Origin: Puniceicoccaceae bacterium
Lineage (GTDB): Bacteria > Verrucomicrobiota > Verrucomicrobiia > Opitutales > Oceanipulchritudinaceae
Assembly: GCA_040830765.1 (NCBI GenBank)
Contig: JBFOMH010000017.1
Location: 313,542 to 377,541, forward strand
Reading direction: 5' to 3'
DNA: 64,000 nt
Shown: positions 56,471 through 64,000 of the stretch, piece by piece
Layout of the letters: the number at the start of each line of letters is the position of its first letter
Numbering within the stretch: position 1 is the stretch's first letter
Position numbers and translations under genes: made by a program
Notes under the pieces: model-generated
Seen by the model: the letters and a program-made list of their open reading frames with translations, nothing else
Database searches by the model: none
Told to the model about the DNA's origin: nothing

Positions 56471-59400
56471 TTAGAAGGTCATGCCGAAGTTAATCTTCCA
56501 GGAAATGCCGGGAGCATAGGAGAGCCCGTACTGGTCCTTGTCGTTGAGGAGGTTGTCCACATTGACCTGGACGAAGGAATCGTACTTGTCCATGAAGATC
56601 CAGTCGTAGCGAACCATGGCGTTGATGGTCAGCCTTGCTTGTGTCCTGGCCTTGATGGACGAGCCACCCTCGACCCGGTCGTCAACTTGCTTGCGCTGAC
56701 CGGCAGTGGTAAAGGCTGAAGCATACTCCCGACCGGACTCCCATCCGCCCCCGAGGGCGACATCGAGTCCAGTGAAGCGGCTGTCATCAGCAAAGCTGTA
56801 CTTGGCCCATGCCGAGACTGTGTCGGACGGGGAGTCATCGAGGGACTCACCCTTACCGAAGCCGATCCCTGTCCAGGTAGAGGTATCCTGGTTCGGAAGA
56901 CCTTCCGGACCTCCCGGATAAACCAGGGAGGGATCCACGCCAGCGAGACCCCAGTTGGTGTTAGGGAGGTACCACATGGCCCAACGGTCCCAGTTTCCAT
57001 CCTCGTAGGGATACTGGACAAAGTTCCCCGGGTTGGTCACCTCACGCTCCACATGGGAGTAATTGAGGATCATCTGGAATTGATCCGTTGGTGAGAAGAT
57101 GAACTGTGCTTCATAACCCTCGGACTGGTCGCTGATGGATTGGAAGAAGTCACCCTCCGTCCAGTCTTCAGCGGCACTGTTCACCCGTGGGTCACCAGCT
57201 TCCTGACCTTCATAGAGCCATCCCGGCCATGGGTCATTATCCGTCCGCTGGTCGCGCGGCAGGGCAAACTCTGCATTGAGGGCGGCGAACACGGCGTCCA
57301 TGAAGGCAGCACCCTGCGGGGTGGAAGCATTGAGATACCAGAACTGGCCACGGCCTCCCGGGCCGGGCATCCGCTCGGCGGCGTAGGTCATGCCATGGTC
57401 CCCTTTTGGATTCTCAATGACCGCCTGGGTCGCTGCTTCCCACTCAGCGGTAGCTGCGGCAAGGTAGCGATTAGCGAAAGTCTCATCTCCAGTTCCGGAA
57501 GGGGCCCACTCATCGAGGCGGTAAATGATGTCATCGCTCCGGCGGAAATTGCCTTTGATGGGGGATGGTGCCCACCAGTAGCCGAAAGGCAGACCTTCGC
57601 GCTTAATCTGGAATACGGAAATGGTACCGGAGACCTTTCCTTCGAAAAGGTTCAGTTTAAGGCCGATTTCCTTGGCGTCAGCCAAAGTTGCTTCCAGAGC
57701 TTTGCCGTTGCCGTCCCGTTTACCACCGAAGTTGGGCTCAACACCCTCGGCGCGCAGGGCGAAGAGGCTGATCTTGTGCTTGGAATTATTCAGCAGATCG
57801 ATGCTGACCCCGAATTGCGAGGTTTGCTGGGTGATAACGGAATCCTCGAAGTCGGTCCGGACGAAGTCACGACCGGTGTCTTCAGCAAAAAATGCATCCC
57901 TGCTGGTGGTCTTGTCTTCGCGGAGACCGCCAACGAGGAACAAGCGGTCGTTGAAAAAGCGACCGGTGTAAACAAGGTATTTGCCTTCATTCTCAGTGGT
58001 GGAACCGGACATTTCAGCGAGTAACATTTCCGGATCGGGATCGCCTGCGGCGTTCATGCCAAATCGAATAAGGCTGCTATCAGTTGGATTCTTGTAGATG
58101 AAGGGGTCACCATCGACAGGGGAGGCGGAGGTCCGGTCCAGTGAGCGGCGGTACTTCTCTTCTTCGTGGGAATAGCCGATAAGGAAGTTGTGCTCGGATT
58201 CGAGCCAGCGGTTCCCCTGGAAAATCCGCTTGTTGTAGGTCAGTTCGTGCCTGACTTGCCTCCAGTGGATGTCTTCGTGCGTCTTGTTCCAGTTGTATTG
58301 CAGGACGGCATTGTCGACATCAACGATAAGGTCGTTGGATTGGCCATCAATGATCTGGCGAGCCTGGATGGTCGCTGTCTCAGCTTGGGCCCTCGGCAGG
58401 GCTGGGTCGGTTGTGATACCGCCGAAAATATCAAGCGAATCAAAGAGTACCCGTGAAACGTTTAAACCGCCACTGTAATAGAGATTATCTGTAAAGCCAA
58501 CGTCGGCGGCCAGGTTGATGTTTTCGGATTCAGTGTCGAGGTAGGTGTCGGGACCGGACCAGCGGAAGGTCCTCACATCCTGATCCTCAAACTCAAGCAA
58601 GCCATAAGTTTCCAATCGGTCAGCCTGGAAAATCGGTATGCCTTCGAGTGTCGGTGTACGTACACTCGTAAAGCCGATGCCATCCTCGTCCTGACGTCCA
58701 TATTCGTAGTCAGCGGTAACGGTGACGCGCTGGAACGGCTTCCATTGGAAAACCGGGGAGACAAACCAGTGTTCGGTGGTATTGATATCGGTCCAGTCGT
58801 CCTTGTCCTCATAGGCTGCCGTGACGCGGTAGGAAAAGGTATCCCCAATCAAGGGTCCTGTGGAATCGAGGGTCGCCCGCTTGAAGTTGTCTGAACCGAT
58901 GGAAAGGTTCACTTCCTGCCGAGGGGTGCTCAACGGCTTCTTGGTCAGGTAGTTGACAATACCACCGAAGTTGCCAACCCCGTAGAGCAGGGCACTTGGA
59001 CCGCGGATGAATTCAATACGGTCGATATTGATACTGTCCGTGGCATGCTTGCGGCGGAAGCCATTGCGAAGGGTGTTATTGAGAACAAATCCGCGAACCT
59101 TGAAGGAAGTCTCACCCTTGTCTCCCGTCGCACCTTCCGGATTGTTGACGCCACCAAAGTTGTCGAACTTGCCAAAGGCATCATTCTGCGAAAAGAGCAG
59201 CAGGCCGGCACTGTACTTCAACGAGTCCCGCAAGTCGGTCGCTCCGGTGTCTTCAATGAACTCGGACGTAATGACCTCGATGCTCAGCGGAATGTCCTGG
59301 ATCGGAACACTGATGCGGGAACCGGAAATCGTGTTGGAGGCATAATAGCCCCGGTCCCCTGAGGTCGAAACTTCAAAGGGAGATAGCTCAAAAATCTCGC

Positions 59401-59512
59401 CCTCGCCGGTGTTGTCGTCGTCAGTTTGACCATGTGATGTGGCTGAAAATGCTGCCAGCAGGCCAGCAAGTAACCAGGTTTTGAGTCGTTTAGTCATCGC
59501 TAGGGTTTTCAT
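56471..59512 (-). CDS. TonB-dependent receptor
   Basis: Signal peptide, ELSPFEV, plug motif IDRIEFIRGPSALLYG..N.GG, C-terminal VDNLLN...F; start 59512 or 59497. Confidence 0.92.
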   Translation of the reverse strand: MKTLAMTKRLKTWLLAGLLAAFSATSHGQTDDDNTGEGEIFELSPFEVSTSGDRGYYASNTISGSRISVPIQDIPLSIEVITSEFIEDTGATDLRDSLKYSAGLLLFSQNDAFGKFDNFGGVNNPEGATGDKGETSFKVRGFVLNNTLRNGFRRKHATDSINIDRIEFIRGPSALLYGVGNFGGIVNYLTKKPLSTPRQEVNLSIGSDNFKRATLDSTGPLIGDTFSYRVTAAYEDKDDWTDINTTEHWFVSPVFQWKPFQRVTVTADYEYGRQDEDGIGFTSVRTPTLEGIPIFQADRLETYGLLEFEDQDVRTFRWSGPDTYLDTESENINLAADVGFTDNLYYSGGLNVSRVLFDSLDIFGGITTDPALPRAQAETATIQARQIIDGQSNDLIVDVDNAVLQYNWNKTHEDIHWRQVRHELTYNKRIFQGNRWLESEHNFLIGYSHEEEKYRRSLDRTSASPVDGDPFIYKNPTDSSLIRFGMNAAGDPDPEMLLAEMSGSTTENEGKYLVYTGRFFNDRLFLVGGLREDKTTSRDAFFAEDTGRDFVRTDFEDSVITQQTSQFGVSIDLLNNSKHKISLFALRAEGVEPNFGGKRDGNGKALEATLADAKEIGLKLNLFEGKVSGTISVFQIKREGLPFGYWWAPSPIKGNFRRSDDIIYRLDEWAPSGTGDETFANRYLAAATAEWEAATQAVIENPKGDHGMTYAAERMPGPGGRGQFWYLNASTPQGAAFMDAVFAALNAEFALPRDQRTDNDPWPGWLYEGQEAGDPRVNSAAEDWTEGDFFQSISDQSEGYEAQFIFSPTDQFQMILNYSHVEREVTNPGNFVQYPYEDGNWDRWAMWYLPNTNWGLAGVDPSLVYPGGPEGLPNQDTSTWTGIGFGKGESLDDSPSDTVSAWAKYSFADDSRFTGLDVALGGGWESGREYASAFTTAGQRKQVDDRVEGGSSIKARTQARLTINAMVRYDWIFMDKYDSFVQVNVDNLLNDKDQYGLSYAPGISWKINFGMTF

Positions 59513-59565
59513 AAGGGTTATTTCGGATGTTGATTGATCTCTAAATTCGGGAACCGGAAGAGGTT

Positions 59566-59614
59566 TGTCAATGCATAATTGCATTAAATTGCATAATAAA
59601 ATGCAATAATTTGC
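59566..59614 (-). promoter_or_regulatory. TonB receptor promoter: -35 abutting an array of TGCA repeats
   Basis: TTGACA on the minus strand at 59566-59571; TTGCATTAAATTGCATA at 59579-59595 is identical to 62378-62394. Confidence 0.65.
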
Positions 59615-59636
59615 GGGTGATGGAGCTTAGGGGAGG

Positions 59637-59675
59637 CAAAAGGCCGGATCCCCACGGGGAGGAACCGGCCTTTTG
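59637..59675 (-). terminator. Terminator after the GH16/secreted-protein unit
   Basis: CAAAAGGCCGG...CCGGCCTTTTG hairpin. Confidence 0.75.
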
Positions 59676-59714
59676 GAAAAAGGATGACAGGAAAGGGGAA
59701 TTCCCGTTTTCCGA

Positions 59715-60794
59715 TTAGTGGAAGTCGCTCCAGCAGTCAGCTTCGCAATTCAGGTAGTAGAAGAAACCGCCATAGGACTCGGTAATCCAGGCCCACTTGT
59801 CGGTGCTGGCGAAGTAGATGTAGTTATCACCGGAGATATCGTCACCGCTCATGTACCACCAGCCATGCTTGGGGCTGTAGACCCAGGGGAAGCTGGAGAG
59901 CTCGGCAAAGCCGATGGTGTAGTTCCAGACCCACTGGGCGCTGTAGCGGTAAGTCCAGCTGAAGACAGGATGCTCTTCCCAGCCCCCGAGGGAGCGGTTG
60001 ATAATGACGGCATCAAGGTCTTCGAAGTAGATGGTGGCATCGTCCATCGCCTTGGCAGTGGAATCGTAGCGGGTGGTGATGCCCAATCCGATCTGGATTC
60101 TCTGGAGGGCGGCATCCGGCAATTCACCACCCCAGTTTTCACTGTCGGGCAGGACGGTGCGGACTTCAAAGTAGGCTAATTCGTTTTCCCCGCGGCCGTA
60201 GGTGGCATCTTCCCGGAGGTCGAGGATGCGGGTCCATTCGCGATTCTGGTTATCCCAGCCAATGGAGTTGTAGCCCATAACCTTGATGTAGGCTTCAATA
60301 CCGATATCGCTCGGGTTGGCTGCGATGAGGTCGTAACTGGCATATCCGGAAAAGACGACTTCGTCGCCTTCAACGAAGAGGGAATTCGGTGTAGCCCCGC
60401 CTTCGTCCCCGATCCAGAATTCCTGGAAGAGGAAATTGTCGAGGCGGTATTCCTTTTCATCGTCCCAGCGGTTGTAGACGAATCCATTGCCTTCGGGGGC
60501 AACCCGGTCAGTGAGGTCGTAGACGGGTGCCAGGGGACCATTGAAATTACCTTCAATGTTTCCGCGGAATCCCTTCCACTGGTTGAATTGGGTGAAGGAA
60601 TTGGTACCGGCGATCCAGTCGGAGCCTTCAGCACCCATCTCGTGTGGGACGTCCACCCCTTCAACATAATTAGGGGAATCCGGGCTGACCGGGAAATAAT
60701 CGAAGTTGTTGTTTTGATAGAGTTGAATGGCAGAAAAAGCCAGGGAGCCCGTCATCAGGGTCATGGCTGAGGTGAGGAGGATATGGTTTTTCAT
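59715..60794 (-). CDS. Secreted hypothetical protein with Trp/Tyr-rich C-terminal module
   Basis: Sec signal ending AFSA; acidic beta-rich body ending IYFEDL; tail FPWVYSPKHGWWY. Confidence 0.8.
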   Translation of the reverse strand: MKNHILLTSAMTLMTGSLAFSAIQLYQNNNFDYFPVSPDSPNYVEGVDVPHEMGAEGSDWIAGTNSFTQFNQWKGFRGNIEGNFNGPLAPVYDLTDRVAPEGNGFVYNRWDDEKEYRLDNFLFQEFWIGDEGGATPNSLFVEGDEVVFSGYASYDLIAANPSDIGIEAYIKVMGYNSIGWDNQNREWTRILDLREDATYGRGENELAYFEVRTVLPDSENWGGELPDAALQRIQIGLGITTRYDSTAKAMDDATIYFEDLDAVIINRSLGGWEEHPVFSWTYRYSAQWVWNYTIGFAELSSFPWVYSPKHGWWYMSGDDISGDNYIYFASTDKWAWITESYGGFFYYLNCEADCWSDFH

Positions 60795-60833
60795 CTTATG
60801 TGTTCTATTGGGTTAATTTAATGAGTAAATTGA

Positions 60834-62333
60834 TCATTTAGGAATGTAGATCCACTGGCTGTCGGTGTGGAAAATTTCTTCCTCCACGGCCAGGGGGTAG
60901 ATGTATTTGTTTAACGAGTAGGAGTAAATCCAAGGATCGAGCTGAACATTAATCCAGCCCAGCCAGGATTGGGTATCGGCATTGCCAAATCCGTCAATTG
61001 GAAGGCCTTTCCACATGGCGCCCTCGCTGGCCAAGTCAAACCAGGCCAGGCTGTAGGTGCTGGAATTGGCATACATCCGAAGTGTGTTCAGGCCTGCCTG
61101 GAGCTCCAGGGTTCCAAGCTCGAGCGTGGTGTAGGTCTGGGATCCGTTGGTATCGGGAACAACGATATTGTCGATACTTGAACCGGTCTCCATCACTTCG
61201 AGGCTGAAGTTACCTCCAGGATTCAAGGCTGCGACGGAAGTCGAGATGGTGTATGTTCCACCAACGGCGGCATCGAGGACATACTCGGCCCAATCCCCCC
61301 GGTCGATAGCCGTCAGGTTGGTGGGAGAGACATCGTTGCGGGAAATGCGAACAAGAACGCCCTGCGAATCATCCATTTCATCAGCCAATACTAGTCCGGG
61401 GACGGAAGTCGGGGTCGTCACCGGCGGTTCACCCCAGACGCGTACCCAGTCTACCTCCATGCGCTGGGGCCAGTTGCCATCATGGTCGATGCCACTGGCG
61501 CCATACGGGCTGGTGGGGAAGAAATTGGAATTGAAGACACCACCCCAATTGCCCCCGATGGCGATATTGAGAATCAGGAAGAATCGCTGCGTAAAGGGCC
61601 ATGAGGACCAGAGCTCGTCCGGCGAGGGAATGCCGCGAGGGAAGAGCTGGTCGACGCTGACGGAAAAATAAGTAACGTCATCCACTTGGAACTCGATCAT
61701 GTCCGCGGTCCAATTGACGGCGTAGACGTGATACTCGGTCGAGGAATCTGAAATGAAGGTCTTTCCTCCAAGACTGCTGCCAGCAAAATAATCAGCTGTA
61801 TGAAGGGTCCCGTGAATGTTGGGGAGCTCCTGGTTGCCCACCAGCTCCCTGTAAAGGGGATCTTCTTCGTAGCCAACCGCTTCCATGATGTCGATCTCAC
61901 CATTGTTCGGCCAGAAAATCTCACTGTGGAGGGTGTCGGCGGCCAGTAGCCAGATAGCCGGCCAGGTCCCGGTTTCACTCGGCAGCTTGGCCCGAACCTC
62001 GATCCGGCCGTATTTCCATTGTGCCTTCTCCTTCGTCGTGAGCCGTGCTGAGGTGTATCGGGGTGCGCCGTTGACGATTGTCTGGTGAGCCTCGATGATC
62101 AACTTCCCATCCTCTACCCGGCTGTTGGTAGGGGAGTTGGTGTAGGTTTGTACCTCGTTGTTGCCCCAGCCTCCAGCACCGAGCCTATAGTTCCACTTCG
62201 TCGGGTCCGGAGCGCCAGTGTAATCAAATTCGTCCGACCACAAGAGTACATAACCCTCGGGAATCTGCGCCCAGAGAGCGCTCGTTGAGAGCATTAACGC
62301 CAGTAGGAGGTACTTTATCTTGGTGGGTAACAT
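60834..62333 (-). CDS. GH16 endo-1,3-beta-glucanase (laminarinase) with CBM6-like module and Trp/Tyr-rich tail
   Basis: WSDEF, YTSARL, WPAIW, GEIDIME, FFLILNIAIGG; GDWAEY carbohydrate-binding module; signal peptide. Confidence 0.9.
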   Translation of the reverse strand: MLPTKIKYLLLALMLSTSALWAQIPEGYVLLWSDEFDYTGAPDPTKWNYRLGAGGWGNNEVQTYTNSPTNSRVEDGKLIIEAHQTIVNGAPRYTSARLTTKEKAQWKYGRIEVRAKLPSETGTWPAIWLLAADTLHSEIFWPNNGEIDIMEAVGYEEDPLYRELVGNQELPNIHGTLHTADYFAGSSLGGKTFISDSSTEYHVYAVNWTADMIEFQVDDVTYFSVSVDQLFPRGIPSPDELWSSWPFTQRFFLILNIAIGGNWGGVFNSNFFPTSPYGASGIDHDGNWPQRMEVDWVRVWGEPPVTTPTSVPGLVLADEMDDSQGVLVRISRNDVSPTNLTAIDRGDWAEYVLDAAVGGTYTISTSVAALNPGGNFSLEVMETGSSIDNIVVPDTNGSQTYTTLELGTLELQAGLNTLRMYANSSTYSLAWFDLASEGAMWKGLPIDGFGNADTQSWLGWINVQLDPWIYSYSLNKYIYPLAVEEEIFHTDSQWIYIPK

Positions 62334-62377
62334 TTTATCTAAGGCAGACGCCTGTGACGCCTTATGCAGGTTTATTC

Positions 62378-62412
62378 TTGCATTAAATTGCATATTAAAA
62401 ATTTGTAGTCAA
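62378..62412 (-). promoter_or_regulatory. GH16 promoter/operator
   Basis: TTGACT on the minus strand at 62407-62412; the 17-bp shared motif overlaps the expected -10. Confidence 0.6.
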
Positions 62413-62572
62413 CTAATTTTGTCGATCTTTTTTGCGATGAAATCCCCCGGTGGGAGGGGGGATAGCGATGTGGACAGGGGAATATTGAAATTGTTCGCCC
62501 GGAGGGGAAAAATTCTAGCACCAACTGGAAAATCCGCAACCCGAGGGCGGGAGATCTGCGCCTTCCGGTGAA

Positions 62573-62626
62573 AATGGGAACCAGTCTCAATAAGGGGTTG
62601 ACGGGTGGGAAAAGTTGGCTGATGTT
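62573..62626 (+). promoter_or_regulatory. Fur-like box and promoter of feoAB
   Basis: AATGGGAACCAGTCTCAAT (imperfect 7-1-7), then TTGACG-N17-GATGTT. Confidence 0.5.
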
Positions 62627-62634
62627 GCAGGGAA

Positions 62635-62871
62635 ATGGGACAAGTGGTGCAGTTAAGAGAGATGGAGCCGGGTCAGACGGGGACAGTATCGCAATTTTCG
62701 GGTGAAGACGGGCAACGCCTGCGCTTGATGGAAATGGGATTACTGCCGGGGACGGAAGTCCGCTTTGTCCGGCGGGCACCACTGGGTGGACCATTGGAGC
62801 TGGAGGTTCGCGGCTTTCATTTATCGCTTCGACAAAGCGAGGCGGATTGCATTGAAGTAAAGTTGGACTGA
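62635..62871 (+). CDS. feoA: Ferrous iron transport protein A
   Basis: RLMEMGLLPGT, RAPLGGP, LSLR..EA. Confidence 0.93.
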   Translation: MGQVVQLREMEPGQTGTVSQFSGEDGQRLRLMEMGLLPGTEVRFVRRAPLGGPLELEVRGFHLSLRQSEADCIEVKLD

Positions 62872-62875
62872 GGCA

Positions 62876-64000
62876 TTGAAGACGGAACCTCCATTTGTGG
62901 CGCTGGTGGGAAACCCGAATTCGGGCAAGACGACGCTTTTTAATGCGCTGACGGGACTGCGACAGAAGGTGGGCAATTACCCGGGGGTGACGGTTGAATG
63001 GAAGGAAGGGATTTTCTATTCCCAGCACGGCCACCCGGTACGGATGCTGGACTTGCCGGGCAGCTACAGCCTCAACGCCCGTTCACCGGACGAGAAGATC
63101 CTGGTGGAGGCCCTTCTGGGCCGGATCCCGATTCTCCCGGAACCGACAGCAGTCGTCTGCTGCGTGGATGCGAGCAATCTGGAGAGGAATTTATATATGG
63201 CGACCCAGGTCATCGAGTTGGGATTGCCGACGGTGATTGCCCTGAACATGATGGACGTCGCGAGGAGCCGGGGTATCAAGATCGATGTCGAGCACCTCGA
63301 AAAACGGCTGGGGGTACCCGTGGTGGCCTGTGAGGCTTCCCATGGCATTGGCATCATGGAATTGCGACTGGCCTTAAGTCAGCACCCGTTGCCGGAACCG
63401 ACCTTGAAAATGGAAAAACCGGCCTTGATACACGAGGCGGTTGATGAATTACTTCCGGTCTTGCCGGCCCGTGAGAACCGGCAGTCGGTCCTGGCGCGGG
63501 GGGAAGCGAGGCTTTTGCTGTCCTGCGATGAGGATCCGGGGCTGGGCGGTCCGGTGTGGACACGGGTCCGCCTGTGGCAGCAGCGCTTTGACCGGGAAAT
63601 GCCGGGATGGCGCAGCGAGTGGATCACTTCGCGCTATGCCTGGATCGGTGAGCTGATGCGGGAATCCGTGAAGCGCTTCAATCCCAACCGGACGACAATG
63701 ACCGAACGGGTGGACAATCTCCTCCTGCATCCGTGGATTGGTTTCCCGGTTCTGGCCCTGGTGATGGGCATCTTGTTCTACAGCATCTTTACCCTTGCCG
63801 TACCCTTCATGGATGGGCTGGACGGGTTCATTGCCTGGCTGGGCAACACGGTGGGTGGATACTTGCCGGAGGGCCAACTGCAGAACCTGGTCGTCAACGG
63901 GATATTTGGTGGCGTCGGCGGGGGGGGGGTTTTTCTCCCGCAGATCCTTTTACTGTTCTTCTTCATCGCCTTGCTGGAATCGACGGGATACATGGCTCGG
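62876..64000 (+). CDS. feoB: Ferrous iron transport protein B, 3'-truncated by window edge (absent from the ORF track)
   Basis: Manual translation from TTG 62876: GNPNSGKTT, VGNYPGVTVE, DLPGSYSL, LERNL, NMMD, FLPQI...LESTGYMAR. Confidence 0.93.
   Translation, partial: MKTEPPFVALVGNPNSGKTTLFNALTGLRQKVGNYPGVTVEWKEGIFYSQHGHPVRMLDLPGSYSLNARSPDEKILVEALLGRIPILPEPTAVVCCVDASNLERNLYMATQVIELGLPTVIALNMMDVARSRGIKIDVEHLEKRLGVPVVACEASHGIGIMELRLALSQHPLPEPTLKMEKPALIHEAVDELLPVLPARENRQSVLARGEARLLLSCDEDPGLGGPVWTRVRLWQQRFDREMPGWRSEWITSRYAWIGELMRESVKRFNPNRTTMTERVDNLLLHPWIGFPVLALVMGILFYSIFTLAVPFMDGLDGFIAWLGNTVGGYLPEGQLQNLVVNGIFGGVGGGGVFLPQILLLFFFIALLESTGYMAR

Noticed and set aside
62372..63993. ORF-track calls overlapping feoAB
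   Set aside because: The real frame is feoB from 62876 running off the window, which the track omitted because it has no stop codon

Overview
GC-rich bacterial chromosomal segment. Gene content and several lineage-typical hypothetical proteins suggest Verrucomicrobiota (Opitutia/Puniceicoccaceae-like); this assignment is inference. Most of the window is housekeeping: ilvE (partial), mcsA-mcsB-clpC, an EF-G paralog, glmS-trpE, glgC, dinB, mutS, tsaD, hisI, mreBCD-mrdA, HIT-phoH-7TM/HD-ybeY-DUF502-recO, elbB-lptCAB-hprK, dnaA with an AT-richer upstream region, and feoAB (partial). Three things stand out. (1) A pyrimidine-nucleoside-phosphorylase homolog has lost its catalytic His and phosphate loop but kept its base-binding residues, so it is a probable pseudoenzyme. 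(2) A REP-associated tyrosine transposase lies between 146-bp near-identical direct repeats built from GGAG-tagged REPs. (3) A 12-kb beta-1,3-glucan locus with no recognisable SusD contains a GH16+CBM enzyme, a secreted unknown protein, a TonB receptor, two LacI paralogs and a GH149-type phosphorylase. It has a shared TGCAT operator-like motif, and both secreted proteins end in a Trp/Tyr-rich module that may be an undescribed sorting or anchoring domain. No rRNA, tRNA or CRISPR array was recognised. All calls are by motif recognition; no database search was run.
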